A DNA stretch of 64,000 nt from Planctomycetota bacterium (GTDB lineage: Bacteria > Planctomycetota > Brocadiia > JAADGH01), in NCBI GenBank assembly GCA_040755855.1, contig JBFMAD010000018.1, forward strand, positions 17,777 to 81,776, given 5' to 3'. The translations under genes were made by a program, and so were the position numbers. Of this stretch, positions 18,564-28,480 are shown piece by piece. Positions within the stretch are counted from its first letter, which is position 1. Every line of letters starts with the position of its first letter. The notes under the pieces were generated by a model. That model did not search any database and was not told where the DNA came from. It worked only from the letters and a program-made list of their open reading frames with translations.

Positions 18564-19682
18564 ATGGCCAAAGCGGACTACTATAGCATCCTCGGTGTCG
18601 AGCACAATGCGTCGCAAGACGACATAAAGAAGGCCTACCGCAAGATGGCCATGAAGCACCACCCGGACCGCAACCCCGGGGACAAGGAGGCCGAGCGGCG
18701 GTTCAAAGACGCGGCGGAGGCCTATGAGGTTCTGGGCGATCCGGAAAAGCGCCACATCTACGACCGCTACGGCCACGACGGGCTAAAAGGGGTGGGCGTC
18801 CGCGGCTTCTCGAGTTTCGAGGACATCTTCTCTGCCTTCGGCGATATCTTCGGCGGAGGTATCTTTGATGCATTCTTCGGGGGCGGCCGGGGGGCGGGCC
18901 TGCGGCGAGGGGCGAACCTCCGATGCGAGGTTGCGCTCAACCTGGAGGAAGTAGCAAGAGTCGCCGAGAAGACGATCCAACTCCGGCGCCACGAGGTCTG
19001 CAAGAAGTGCCACGGCAGCGGTGCCGAGCCAGGGTCCAAGAAAACGACGTGCTCCCTGTGCCACGGACGGGGGGAGATCCAGCAGGCTCAGGGGTTCTTC
19101 GTCGTCCGACGCACGTGCCCCCAGTGCCGAGGGCAGGGGGAGCGGGTGGAGCACCCCTGCGCGGAATGCAAGGGCGACGGCCGGATGGTCGGGCAGACGG
19201 AGATCACGATCAAGATTCCCGCTGGCATCCAGGACGGCACGCGCCTGCGCATCGGCGGGGAAGGCGACCTCGGCGACAACGGCGCGCCACGAGGCGATCT
19301 GTTCTGTGATGTGTTTGTGAAGGAACATCCCTTCTTCCAGCGTCGCGGGAATGATATCATCTGCGAACTTCCGGTCAGCTTCGTCGAAGCGGCGCTCGGG
19401 ACGGAGATCGGGGTGCCTACGCTGACGGCAAAAGAGAAGATCACGATCAAGCCCGGCACGCAGAGCCACGACCTGATCCAACTGCGCGGCAAGGGGCTGC
19501 CCGATATTCACGGCCGCGGCGTGGGGGACGAGGTGATCCAGGTAGTCGTCGAAATACCGAAGAAGCTGACGAAACGGCAGGAGGAACTCCTTCGCGAGTT
19601 CGCCGAGACCGAGAACAAGCATGTGATGCCAAAAAAGTCGGGGTTTCTCGAAAAACTCAAGCACTATTTTGAGGGAGATTGA
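18564..19682 (+). CDS. dnaJ: Chaperone DnaJ
   Basis: HPD motif, G/F region, four CxxCxGxG, full C-terminal domain. Confidence 0.97.
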   Translation: MAKADYYSILGVEHNASQDDIKKAYRKMAMKHHPDRNPGDKEAERRFKDAAEAYEVLGDPEKRHIYDRYGHDGLKGVGVRGFSSFEDIFSAFGDIFGGGIFDAFFGGGRGAGLRRGANLRCEVALNLEEVARVAEKTIQLRRHEVCKKCHGSGAEPGSKKTTCSLCHGRGEIQQAQGFFVVRRTCPQCRGQGERVEHPCAECKGDGRMVGQTEITIKIPAGIQDGTRLRIGGEGDLGDNGAPRGDLFCDVFVKEHPFFQRRGNDIICELPVSFVEAALGTEIGVPTLTAKEKITIKPGTQSHDLIQLRGKGLPDIHGRGVGDEVIQVVVEIPKKLTKRQEELLREFAETENKHVMPKKSGFLEKLKHYFEGD

Positions 19683-19690
19683 TTCCAGTG

Positions 19691-20353
19691 ATGCCTGACG
19701 AGCGAAAAGACATCATTGATGAAAATGAGGCGGCAAACGCCCCTGACGAAGATGAAAGCTGCGAGGAGACAGACGGAGAAACCGTCGCGCAACCTGTCGA
19801 GATTTCCCCCAAACATATCGCTGACCTTCAGAAGAAGGCCGAGGAGCGGGACGATTTCCTCGACAAACTCCAGCGCACCCGCGCCGACTACCTGAACTAC
19901 CAGAAGCGCGTCAAGAAGGACCGGGACCAGGCGGCGGAGTTTGCGGTCCAGGATTTCCTGGCGCAACTCATCCCCCTCATTAACGATCTGGAGCGCGCCG
20001 TCCAATCGGGAGAAGAGAATCACAACATGGACGCCTTCTTCGAGGGTGTGAAGCTCTTGCGGACCCGGCTCTATAAGGTGTTGGAGGACAACGGCATCAA
20101 ACCGATCGAATGTGTCGGTCGGCCGTTTGATCCGGCCTACCACGAGGCCATAACACATCAGGAGACGAGCGAGCATCCCAGTAATACGGTTATCGCGGAG
20201 CTCCAGCGAGGCTTCACGATGAACGGGCGGACCGTCGTTCCCGCCCGGGTGATAGTGGCCAAGGCCCCGGCGCCCCCCTCCGCGGCGAAGCCAGCGGAGG
20301 AAAAGGCGCAAGAACCGTCCCCGAAAAAAGACGACCAACAGAGCGAGAAATAG
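19691..20353 (+). CDS. grpE: Nucleotide exchange factor GrpE
   Basis: ADYLNYQKR, FDPAYHEAI, LQRGF...VPARV. Confidence 0.95.
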   Translation: MPDERKDIIDENEAANAPDEDESCEETDGETVAQPVEISPKHIADLQKKAEERDDFLDKLQRTRADYLNYQKRVKKDRDQAAEFAVQDFLAQLIPLINDLERAVQSGEENHNMDAFFEGVKLLRTRLYKVLEDNGIKPIECVGRPFDPAYHEAITHQETSEHPSNTVIAELQRGFTMNGRTVVPARVIVAKAPAPPSAAKPAEEKAQEPSPKKDDQQSEK

Positions 20354-20370
20354 CGGAAAGGAGACGATCC

Positions 20371-20682
20371 GTGCCGACTTATGAATATGAGTGTGAGGCC
20401 TGCGGGCACACTATGGAGGTATTCCAGTCCATCATCGAGAAACCCCTTCGCAAGTGCCCCAAGTGCGACCGGAAGAAACTCCGCCGCCTGATCGGCGCGG
20501 GGGCAGGGATCATCTTCAAAGGCAGCGGCTTCTACGAGACGGACTACCGGAGACAGGATTACAAGAGCAAGGCGAAGCAGGAGAAAACCGAAAGCGCCGC
20601 GAATAAATCCGAGTCCAAGTCCGAGCCAAAATCCGAATCCAAATCGGACTCCACGAAAAGCGCCAGCAATGCCAAAGATTGA
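20371..20682 (+). CDS. FmdB-family zinc ribbon protein
   Basis: MPTYEYECEACGH...CPKC...FKGSGFYETDY, low-complexity Ser/Lys/Glu tail. Confidence 0.92.
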   Translation: MPTYEYECEACGHTMEVFQSIIEKPLRKCPKCDRKKLRRLIGAGAGIIFKGSGFYETDYRRQDYKSKAKQEKTESAANKSESKSEPKSESKSDSTKSASNAKD

Positions 20683-20872
20683 TTGCCCCCATTGCGGCAA
20701 GCCGCTGGAGTATCAATCCATCAAGGACCACCCGCATTTCCCATTCTGCTCCAAGCGATGCAGGCTTGTGGACCTTGGCATGTGGATCGAGGGGGAACAC
20801 AAGATCACCGAAGACCTTTCCGAGCGACACGGCTGCAAGGAGGCCGACAGAGAAGGCAAATCGAAGGCGTGA
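20669..20872 (+). CDS. yacG: DNA gyrase inhibitor YacG
   Basis: CPHC...PFCSKRCRLVDLGMW. Confidence 0.92.
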   Translation: MPKIDCPHCGKPLEYQSIKDHPHFPFCSKRCRLVDLGMWIEGEHKITEDLSERHGCKEADREGKSKA

Positions 20873-20988
20873 GCCGCATCGCTCTCGTTGACTTCTTCCT
20901 TGACGAAGCCCCGCTCGGACTGATAGCATACCCGAAGATGGAGTGAGCGACTCCCTTCACGCGCCGCATCTGCGTAAGGAGATGGATC

Positions 20989-21954
20989 ATGAAAGACGGC
21001 ATGTCCCGGCGGCGGTTTCTCGCCTCTACCGCCGTAGTCGCGGGCGGGCTGTACGGCGTGTCCCGCCTGGGGTCCGGCAAGAAACATCGTAAGATCCGTC
21101 AAAGGCGCGCCGACAACCAACTCGAAAAGGGTCTGGCCGTCGTTCATGGCGACGACCCGCGGGCAATGGCCCACAAGGCCATCGAGGCCCTCGGCGGCAT
21201 GGACAAACTGGTTCGCAAGGGCGATGTCGTCGTCGTCAAGCCCAACATGACGTGGGCCGACCGCGGCCCGGAGTACGCAACGAATACGAATCCCGAGGTC
21301 GTCGCCGCCGTCGTTGAGATGTGCCTCGCCGCCGGCGCGGCCAAGGTCAAGGTCTTCGACCATACCATCTCGCCGAATCCCCGCCCAGCCTATGAGGGCA
21401 GCGGCATCCAGGCCGCGGCCGAGAAGGCCGGGGCGGACGTGGTGTATGTGAACCCCGACCGATTCTGCATGATTCAGATCCCCGACGGCAAGCGCCTGAA
21501 TGAGTGGGCCTTTTATGAGGACTGCATCTACGAAGACCGATGCGACGTGCTCATCAACGTGCCCGCTACGAAGCATCACGGGACGTCCCGACTGTCCATG
21601 GGTCTCAAGAATGCCTTCGGGATGGTGGGCCTCGAACGCGGCAACCTGCACCAGGGCATCCATGAGAACATCGCCGACCTGCACCGAGTGGTGCGCGTGG
21701 ACCTGACCATTTTGGACGCCTTCCGCATCCTGCTGCGCAATGGTCCGTACGGCGGGCGGCTCCAGGACGTGAGCAACTCGCCGAAGGACGCCCGGCGGGT
21801 TGTGGCGAGCGTGGACCCCGTTGCTGTAGATGCCTACGGATCAACGCTTTACGGATTTCAGCCCAGCGACATCGGATTCGTCAAAGAATCCCACGAGGCC
21901 GGTCATGGGGAGATGGACTTCAAGAAAAATGGGGTCGAGGAGTTTACCGTATGA
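20989..21954 (+). CDS. Tat-exported DUF362 domain protein
   Basis: SRRRFL Tat motif, VVVKPN, TNPEVV, INVP..KHH, MGLKN, DPVAVD. Confidence 0.88.
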   Translation: MKDGMSRRRFLASTAVVAGGLYGVSRLGSGKKHRKIRQRRADNQLEKGLAVVHGDDPRAMAHKAIEALGGMDKLVRKGDVVVVKPNMTWADRGPEYATNTNPEVVAAVVEMCLAAGAAKVKVFDHTISPNPRPAYEGSGIQAAAEKAGADVVYVNPDRFCMIQIPDGKRLNEWAFYEDCIYEDRCDVLINVPATKHHGTSRLSMGLKNAFGMVGLERGNLHQGIHENIADLHRVVRVDLTILDAFRILLRNGPYGGRLQDVSNSPKDARRVVASVDPVAVDAYGSTLYGFQPSDIGFVKESHEAGHGEMDFKKNGVEEFTV

Positions 21955-22001
21955 CCTGTCGCTTAGATATTCCCTGCTCTCCGGGATCAATTGAGGAATA
22001 A

Positions 22002-24557
22002 ATGGCCGAAGATAAAAACACGAAACACAATGACAAAGGCAAGAGGGAAAGGCGAAGCCCCTCCCCCGCGCGTGTGGCGCGCCGGGTCATTCAGGCGATC
22101 ACATTCATCACCTTCCTGGCCCTGCTCATCTACGCCAGCCCCCTGGTTGACAAGAAGGTTGCGGCGGATTGGTTCCCCCGCATGAGTCCCCTCGCCGCGC
22201 TGACGACGATGATGGGCAGCGACTCGCTCATCCTGAAATACTGGCCGGCGGCGGTCGTGCTGGCGCTTACCATCCTCCTCAGCCGGTTCTTCTGCGGATG
22301 GGTCTGTCCCCTCGGTACGACCATTGACATCACCGACCGTATCTTCAGGAAGAAACGCGAGGCCCGAGAGCAGCGTCTCAAGGACGAAAAGAAAATGCAC
22401 TGGCTCTATGACGGTCGGGCCTTCAAGTGCTACCTCCTCGTCTTCCTGATCCTTGGCGCCGTCTTCGGCATCCAGATGTCCGGCTGGTTCGACCCACTCA
22501 GCATCGCCCCGAGAGTCTATTCCACCGTCATCCATCCATATCTCATGGTCTTCTTCGAATCGCTCTTCAAATTCCTCGGACGTGTGCCCGTGATCGGCGA
22601 ACCGGCCGACAAGGCGCACGCCCTGACGAACAGTTTGTTTTATAGCCTTCAGATTCGCGTCTTTGCAACGCATCTCGTCATCTTCGGAACGTTTCTGCTG
22701 ATCGTCTTGCCGGGATTGGTCTATCGGCGCTACTGGTGCCGCAACCTGTGCCCGGTCGGCGGCCTCCTGGGACTGTGCTCCGAATGGACGTTGGTCAAGC
22801 GGTCCGTCTCCGATGCTTGTATTCATTGTCGCCGGTGCGAGCGCGTCTGCCGCACGGGGGCTATCCCCCCGCCGGGCGATGACAAGTCGGAAGCCGGCAC
22901 GAAGACCATCGCCGACGAGTGCATCCTCTGCATGGACTGCCAGCGCATCTGCCCGACCGACGCGATCCGCTTCATGCGATCCCGCCCGGCGGAGCAGAAG
23001 GTCCAGCCCGACCTCACGAAGCGAGGCCTCCTCGCGGCCGGTGTGATGAGCGTCGCCGCGATCCCTGTCATGAAGTCCAACTTCCCAAAGGCCGTCGGCA
23101 AGGGACGGCTGACCGTCATCCGACCGCCCGGCGCCCTGCCGGAGGAGGACTTTCTCCTCAAGTGCGTCCGATGCGGCGAGTGCATGCGCATCTGCCCTAA
23201 CAACGCGATCCACCCGACGCTCCTGGAGGCCGGGTTGGAGGGCCTGTGGACGCCGAAGCTGATCCCGCGGATCGGGCACTGCATCTATGAGTGCACCCGG
23301 TGCGGCGACATCTGCCCATCCGGCGCACTGGAGCCGCTGACGAAGGAGCAGAAGCACGAGCGGGCCATCGGCTTGGCGCGATTCAACCACAACCGATGCA
23401 TCCCCTGGCTGGCCTACTATCGCCTGGACGACATCAAGGAAACCAGGCAGGACCTGAACTGCGGGACGTGCGAGGAGGTTTGCCCCGTCCCCACGAAGGC
23501 CATTCGCTACGACCATATCAAGATCAGCGACGACATGGAGCTTCGGCTCCCATACGTGAAGGAGGAACTCTGCGTCGGTTGTGGCTACTGCGAGAACGTC
23601 TGCCCAGTACGGGGGGAGGCGGCGGTGTGGGTGGAGGGACGCCAGGAGAAGATCACCGTCGCCAGCGACGAGGCGGGGGCGGGGGACGTGGACTTCTTCC
23701 CGCCTGAAGTGGGCGACTGGAAACGCGCGGGGGACCCGACGGTCTATGCCGGTCGCGCGGGTCTCGTGAAGTACATCAACGGCGGCGCCGAGCCGTACCT
23801 GACCTACAGTTTTAAGCGGGCTGTGGTGGCCCGATATACGCGGACCGATCCCGCCGGCGAGATCGAGGTCAGCGCGTGGGAGTTCGGCAACGGCGCCGAC
23901 GCCTTCGGCGCGATGCTGAAGGACATCCTGCCGGAGGGGATCGCGCCCGTCGAGATCGGCGATGAGTCAATCCTCCTCGACAACTACTTGTATGGGCGAA
24001 AGGGCGCATACCATATTCGCGCCAAGCCGGCGAAGGGGAAGGCGGCGGTGGAAGACGTGACCGCCATCGTGAAGGCTGTTGACAAGCAACTGAAGGTGGA
24101 CCCCGCTCCGAGGCCGGAGGTCGTGGCCCTTCTACCCGAAAAGGACCTCATCGAGTACAGTCAGAAATTCTTCCGTCACCACATGATCCTTGACAGCATC
24201 TCCCCAACCGACAATCCGATCAACACGAACGTTTTCCAACTCCACGAGCAGACGAACTGCGCGATTGCCGACTACAAGCCGAAGGATGTGGAATTTCCTT
24301 TCAAGTTGCTCATCAACCAGTATTCTGATGTGGCCCAGGCGAAGAAGGCGTTCGAGGAGTTCAGGAAGCTCCGCTTGAGCTGGAAGGAGGCCGTCGAGCA
24401 ATCGGGGAACATACTGATCTTCAAAGACGCATCGAGCAATTTCTCTACACTCGCGGTCAAGGGCTGTTACCTGGTCGCGGCCTTCCGGTCGCCCCAGCGC
24501 CAGGTCGCCGTGGACCTGACGGCGGCTGCGCTGAAGAAGATCGGAGAAGCGAAGTAA
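22002..24557 (+). CDS. NapH/MauN-like membrane polyferredoxin fused to a MauM/NapG-like ferredoxin and a C-terminal soluble (DUF6599-like) domain
   Basis: FCGWVCPLG, WCRNLCPVG, multiple CxxCxxCxxxCP, IRPPGA, C-terminal YINGGAE. Confidence 0.85.
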   Translation: MAEDKNTKHNDKGKRERRSPSPARVARRVIQAITFITFLALLIYASPLVDKKVAADWFPRMSPLAALTTMMGSDSLILKYWPAAVVLALTILLSRFFCGWVCPLGTTIDITDRIFRKKREAREQRLKDEKKMHWLYDGRAFKCYLLVFLILGAVFGIQMSGWFDPLSIAPRVYSTVIHPYLMVFFESLFKFLGRVPVIGEPADKAHALTNSLFYSLQIRVFATHLVIFGTFLLIVLPGLVYRRYWCRNLCPVGGLLGLCSEWTLVKRSVSDACIHCRRCERVCRTGAIPPPGDDKSEAGTKTIADECILCMDCQRICPTDAIRFMRSRPAEQKVQPDLTKRGLLAAGVMSVAAIPVMKSNFPKAVGKGRLTVIRPPGALPEEDFLLKCVRCGECMRICPNNAIHPTLLEAGLEGLWTPKLIPRIGHCIYECTRCGDICPSGALEPLTKEQKHERAIGLARFNHNRCIPWLAYYRLDDIKETRQDLNCGTCEEVCPVPTKAIRYDHIKISDDMELRLPYVKEELCVGCGYCENVCPVRGEAAVWVEGRQEKITVASDEAGAGDVDFFPPEVGDWKRAGDPTVYAGRAGLVKYINGGAEPYLTYSFKRAVVARYTRTDPAGEIEVSAWEFGNGADAFGAMLKDILPEGIAPVEIGDESILLDNYLYGRKGAYHIRAKPAKGKAAVEDVTAIVKAVDKQLKVDPAPRPEVVALLPEKDLIEYSQKFFRHHMILDSISPTDNPINTNVFQLHEQTNCAIADYKPKDVEFPFKLLINQYSDVAQAKKAFEEFRKLRLSWKEAVEQSGNILIFKDASSNFSTLAVKGCYLVAAFRSPQRQVAVDLTAAALKKIGEAK

Positions 24558-24558
24558 C

Positions 24559-25770
24559 ATGAGCGCGCGGCTCTGCGGCAGTCCATCGGCGATCGGCGAG
24601 GCATGGGGCGCCGTTAACGCGGTGAAGATCCGCGAGCACATCGGGGCGTTTCTCGAAGAATGGCGCGGAAAGGGCTTAACCGAGGACGATCTGTTGCAGC
24701 GGGCCAAGCGGGGCAACCAGATCATCGAGCGCATGGCTCCGCACTGGCGGGAGGAATCCGACGCTATCGCAAGGAGGGCGGAAATCAACCCCGACCTCTA
24801 CAATGCCTATCTGATCGGGAAATATCGGAACATCCTGTCCCGGGAGTGCACCTCCTTTGCCGCCGTCGGCGAGGCGACGGGGGACGGTCGCCCCCTCTTC
24901 CACAAGAACCGCGACAACGTGGATCGGTGGCAGGCGGGATATGTCAAGAAGACCAAGGTTCCCCGCGAGGACATCTATGGGTTCGTCGCTGTAGGTGATG
25001 TGAGCGACACGGGGGTTATGATGATGGTAAATGAGAAGGGCCTCGCCGGCTCAGCGGACACGGGGACTGCGGACCCCCGGTGGTTCGGAGAGGGGCTAAT
25101 GAATCCCTATGGGCTGCGATACATCGCCGAAAAGGCCGAAACCTGCGAGCAGGCCCTGAGCACAATCATCTGGATGACGGAGGACCGCCTTTACGCGGGA
25201 GGCGCCCTACAGACCAACTGGCTCTTCGTGGACGCCTCCGGCACGGCGCTGCGCGTGGTCAACGCGAACGAAGAAATCGTGGATTACCAGTTCGTCCACT
25301 CCGGCGTCTTGCTTAATTACGAACGCGAGGGACTCCGCTCCCTGCTCGACGGCAACGTCGGCAGGATTGATGGCCGCTTGATGCGCCGCGCCTCCCGGCT
25401 CCCCTCCGTCTCCCTCGACAGCACGATCTGTGCGATGACCGCCGAGATCGAGCCGGATCGCCCCGCGGAAATGACCTGCGCGTGGATCGCCCTCGGCAAC
25501 CCGTCGGAATGTCCCTATGTGCCAATGCTCATGGCGGCGGACGAAACCCCGCAAGAAATGCTCGACGGCATGCTCTACCACCTGAGTCGCAGTTGGCAGA
25601 TCTTCGGATTCCACATCCAGCAGTCCGAACTCATGGCCGCCGCCGACTTGGACCGGTTGAGGACCGTCCGTCGCAACCTGGCCGCCCACGCGAATGAATG
25701 TGTTCTACAGAACGCTGCGCGCGTCCGCCGCCTCTTTCATGGCGTGCCGGCGGATAGAAGGTCCCCCTGA
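24559..25770 (+). CDS. C45-family (Ntn-hydrolase) peptidase/acyltransferase-like protein
   Basis: ECTSF putative autocleavage Cys, HKNRD, VNEKGL. Confidence 0.75.
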   Translation: MSARLCGSPSAIGEAWGAVNAVKIREHIGAFLEEWRGKGLTEDDLLQRAKRGNQIIERMAPHWREESDAIARRAEINPDLYNAYLIGKYRNILSRECTSFAAVGEATGDGRPLFHKNRDNVDRWQAGYVKKTKVPREDIYGFVAVGDVSDTGVMMMVNEKGLAGSADTGTADPRWFGEGLMNPYGLRYIAEKAETCEQALSTIIWMTEDRLYAGGALQTNWLFVDASGTALRVVNANEEIVDYQFVHSGVLLNYEREGLRSLLDGNVGRIDGRLMRRASRLPSVSLDSTICAMTAEIEPDRPAEMTCAWIALGNPSECPYVPMLMAADETPQEMLDGMLYHLSRSWQIFGFHIQQSELMAAADLDRLRTVRRNLAAHANECVLQNAARVRRLFHGVPADRRSP

Positions 25771-25781
25771 TCTGCTGAATG

Positions 25782-26219
25782 TTACGGGAAGATTTTCAGC
25801 AATAGCTGGTAGTCCGTCTCATTGACGTCGAGAAACTTGATTCCATCCTCAAAGGTGCCGTCCCTCAGCTCGCGGCAGTGAATGATCTCGCCAAGGGTGT
25901 GAATCGTTCGCTCGCCTCGGATGTGAATATCGAGCATCAGCAACTCGCCCACTTCATGCGGCTCGGAGGTCTTGAGGGCTACCCCATGTGTGGCGACATT
26001 GAGGCTGATGGCCATGCGCTGCTTCCCCACCGTCTCCTTGTTGTGGTTGACAAGCGTGTAGCCGATGGCATAAACCGACTCCTGCCGTTCGATCTTCCGG
26101 GGGCCGGGCTCTGCTTTGCTCTTGCGGCCGGGCGAGCCGGGATCGCTCAGCCTGTCCAGGACCTCCTCTGCGGAGTTCAGGAAGTCCGGTCTGGGGGGGC
26201 GGTTTTCGTTCTTATCCAT
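25782..26219 (-). CDS. PilZ domain protein
   Basis: RKIER (RxxxR) and NVATHG (D/NxSxxG-like), GIKF. Confidence 0.75.
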   Translation of the reverse strand: MDKNENRPPRPDFLNSAEEVLDRLSDPGSPGRKSKAEPGPRKIERQESVYAIGYTLVNHNKETVGKQRMAISLNVATHGVALKTSEPHEVGELLMLDIHIRGERTIHTLGEIIHCRELRDGTFEDGIKFLDVNETDYQLLLKIFP

Positions 26220-27471
26220 TTCCCGCCACCTCGTGCAGCAGTCTCACACAGGCATCCCGCACAATATCCCCTGCCTCCGGCCCTACCTTGCTCGACCGGG
26301 CATCGAGCACCTCGTATCCCCCCTCTTCGAACGCAGCCCGCGTTGGGATGTACCCCACGTAGTCGTTTGCCAGTTCCACCACATAAGTCCGCTCGAAAGG
26401 AGATTGCTCCTTGATCTCCCGGCCGATCTCGACGAACAGCTCTCCCGGCGTCGCGACAAAGGCCGTGTCGTTGATCGCCAGGACCTGCACGGAGGTAGCG
26501 ACCGACGTCTCGCCCGCCTCGTGGAGGATGCGCCACTCCTCCGTGAATACATCCTCCCCCTCCGGCCAGTCGCGCCGGATGGCCTCGATGCGACACCGCG
26601 AGAAATCGCGGAGGGGCAACGTCACGTTCTCTTTCCGCGCGCGAAGATCGGCCTTTGCGGATGTCTTAATCTTCGGAACCACCCGAAGAATCTCATCCGC
26701 CAGGGCCCGGGCAATCCCGTCGGGCTTTCCCAGAGGATTGATGTTGCCGCATGCGCCGGGGGTGTACAAGACCGTTCCGCCGATCTCCCCCTCCACGAGC
26801 TGCGCCACGCGGGGTGGATACGATCCGTCAATCAAGGCGCGGTTGTTATGACAATTCGCATGGAGCGTGTAATTGTAAATGATCGTCGTCGCGTTGCCAT
26901 CCATATCCCGCGTCAGGAGAACGCCAAGCTCCGGATCAATCTCCCCCACCGGCCCGACCACCTGGTCCGGGTCGAGCTTCATCCAGGTGTTCCGCACATG
27001 GCCCGCCTTGAGCCTGACGCGCCGATAGTGACCGGACGTTCCCTCGCTGCCGGAGGCGGATCCGATCTGCGCCGGCGCGAGACGCTGATGGGCGATTGTA
27101 GCCGAGTCGGCAATATAGCGCGGCAGGATGGCGAGGTAGTCCTTGTCCCGATCCGCCTCCGCCCCGAAGACGGGACTCGTGTAGGGGCCGGCGTGGGTAT
27201 GGGAAGCGGCGACCATGACATGCTCCGGCGGGATGCCCGTTCGCTCCCGGATGATCTGCGTCACGACCTCGACATAGTCCCTGCCGAGAACGCAGAGATC
27301 AACGGAAATGAAGCAGATGGCGGTTTCGCCGCTGTCAAGGACAACCGACTTGGCGTACAGCTTCGTGTCAATGCCGGTGGACTTCCTCGCCCGAAGTCCG
27401 CCCGCCAGGCTCACGCCGATGTGCGGCGTAATGTCAATCACGCCCGCGCCTGCCTTGAGTTCGCCTGCCAT
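26212..27471 (-). CDS. Neutral/alkaline ceramidase-like family protein
   Basis: DITP, ASHTHAGP, NYTLH, GACGNINP, PGELF, GYIPT..FEEGGYE. Confidence 0.85.
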   Translation of the reverse strand: MAGELKAGAGVIDITPHIGVSLAGGLRARKSTGIDTKLYAKSVVLDSGETAICFISVDLCVLGRDYVEVVTQIIRERTGIPPEHVMVAASHTHAGPYTSPVFGAEADRDKDYLAILPRYIADSATIAHQRLAPAQIGSASGSEGTSGHYRRVRLKAGHVRNTWMKLDPDQVVGPVGEIDPELGVLLTRDMDGNATTIIYNYTLHANCHNNRALIDGSYPPRVAQLVEGEIGGTVLYTPGACGNINPLGKPDGIARALADEILRVVPKIKTSAKADLRARKENVTLPLRDFSRCRIEAIRRDWPEGEDVFTEEWRILHEAGETSVATSVQVLAINDTAFVATPGELFVEIGREIKEQSPFERTYVVELANDYVGYIPTRAAFEEGGYEVLDARSSKVGPEAGDIVRDACVRLLHEVAGNG

Positions 27472-27479
27472 GTTATGTC

Positions 27480-28298
27480 CTACAGAAACAGCCGCAGATG
27501 CCTGATCGCCTGCTTGTAGTTGCTCTGGTTCACATACTCGATGACGAGGGGGATGTGAGGGCAGTACTGGCGGCACAGCGCGACGAAACGCGCGTAGTCC
27601 AGGTCGCCCTGCCCCGCCGCCACACCCTGCGTGACATGCAGCTTACGGTCCTTGGCGTGAAGCGCCTTGACGTACGGGGCCAGGGCGCTGAACATCTCGT
27701 CGAGGGAGTTGTGCGGGAGGAGGTTTGCCGGGTCAAGCTGCACCCGGACGCGCGGGTGGTTGATCTCTTCGATGAAATCACGCACGCCTTTGGCTGTGGC
27801 GAGGAGGTCGTGGAAGAACGGCTCGAAGACGATGGCGACATCGTACTTCTCCGCCTGCTCGATCAACTTCTTTGTCGAGTCAATTAGCCGGGGATAGGCG
27901 TCATCCGCCAGGCTCGCGTCCAGGTTTTTCTTGCCGTCCTTTATAACGGCGCCGCATTCGGTGGCCAGCATGCCGATGCCCATGTCCCTCGCCACACGCA
28001 TCATCTCGGTGAAGTAATCAATGTTCTTCTGTCTCTCGGCGTCGTCCGGATCAATCAAGTTCGTGTACACGCCAATGGAGGGGACGTCAATACCCTTGTC
28101 GCGGTATGCCTTGGCGATGCGTTTGCACTCGGCCGTCGTCAGGCCGGTGACGTCGGCCCGCCTGTTATACGCAAAAAACTTCGAGTCCTTCTGCGCAAGG
28201 AAGAGCTGAACGCAGTCCAGTTTCTCCGCGGCAGCCACTGCCGCCATTTCCTCATTGGTCAAGTCGCCGAACCCGAGCGTGGCCAAGCCGATCTTCAT
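27480..28298 (-). CDS. Sugar phosphate isomerase/epimerase (xylose-isomerase-like TIM barrel)
   Basis: FEP, LDPAN, HAKD, GQGDLDY, IEY metal-ligand pattern. Confidence 0.88.
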   Translation of the reverse strand: MKIGLATLGFGDLTNEEMAAVAAAEKLDCVQLFLAQKDSKFFAYNRRADVTGLTTAECKRIAKAYRDKGIDVPSIGVYTNLIDPDDAERQKNIDYFTEMMRVARDMGIGMLATECGAVIKDGKKNLDASLADDAYPRLIDSTKKLIEQAEKYDVAIVFEPFFHDLLATAKGVRDFIEEINHPRVRVQLDPANLLPHNSLDEMFSALAPYVKALHAKDRKLHVTQGVAAGQGDLDYARFVALCRQYCPHIPLVIEYVNQSNYKQAIRHLRLFL

Positions 28299-28480
28299 CT
28301 TGATTCCTTTCTCAAACACTTTTGTTCCGAACCAGCCATCCCACCCAAAATCGAAGCTTTATTGTAGCAAAAAAGTTGTGCAATTCTACCTTAAAGCGAG
28401 ATATTCTTTTCGCATCTGTCTTGACAAGGGGATTTTCTCTGGTAAGCTTATTAGATTCTAAGTCGAAGCAGGAGAATAAG

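Noticed and set aside
20600-20655. AATCCGAG/AGTCC repeats in the fmdB tail
   Set aside because: Explained by the low-complexity SKSE peptide tail common in FmdB-family proteins.
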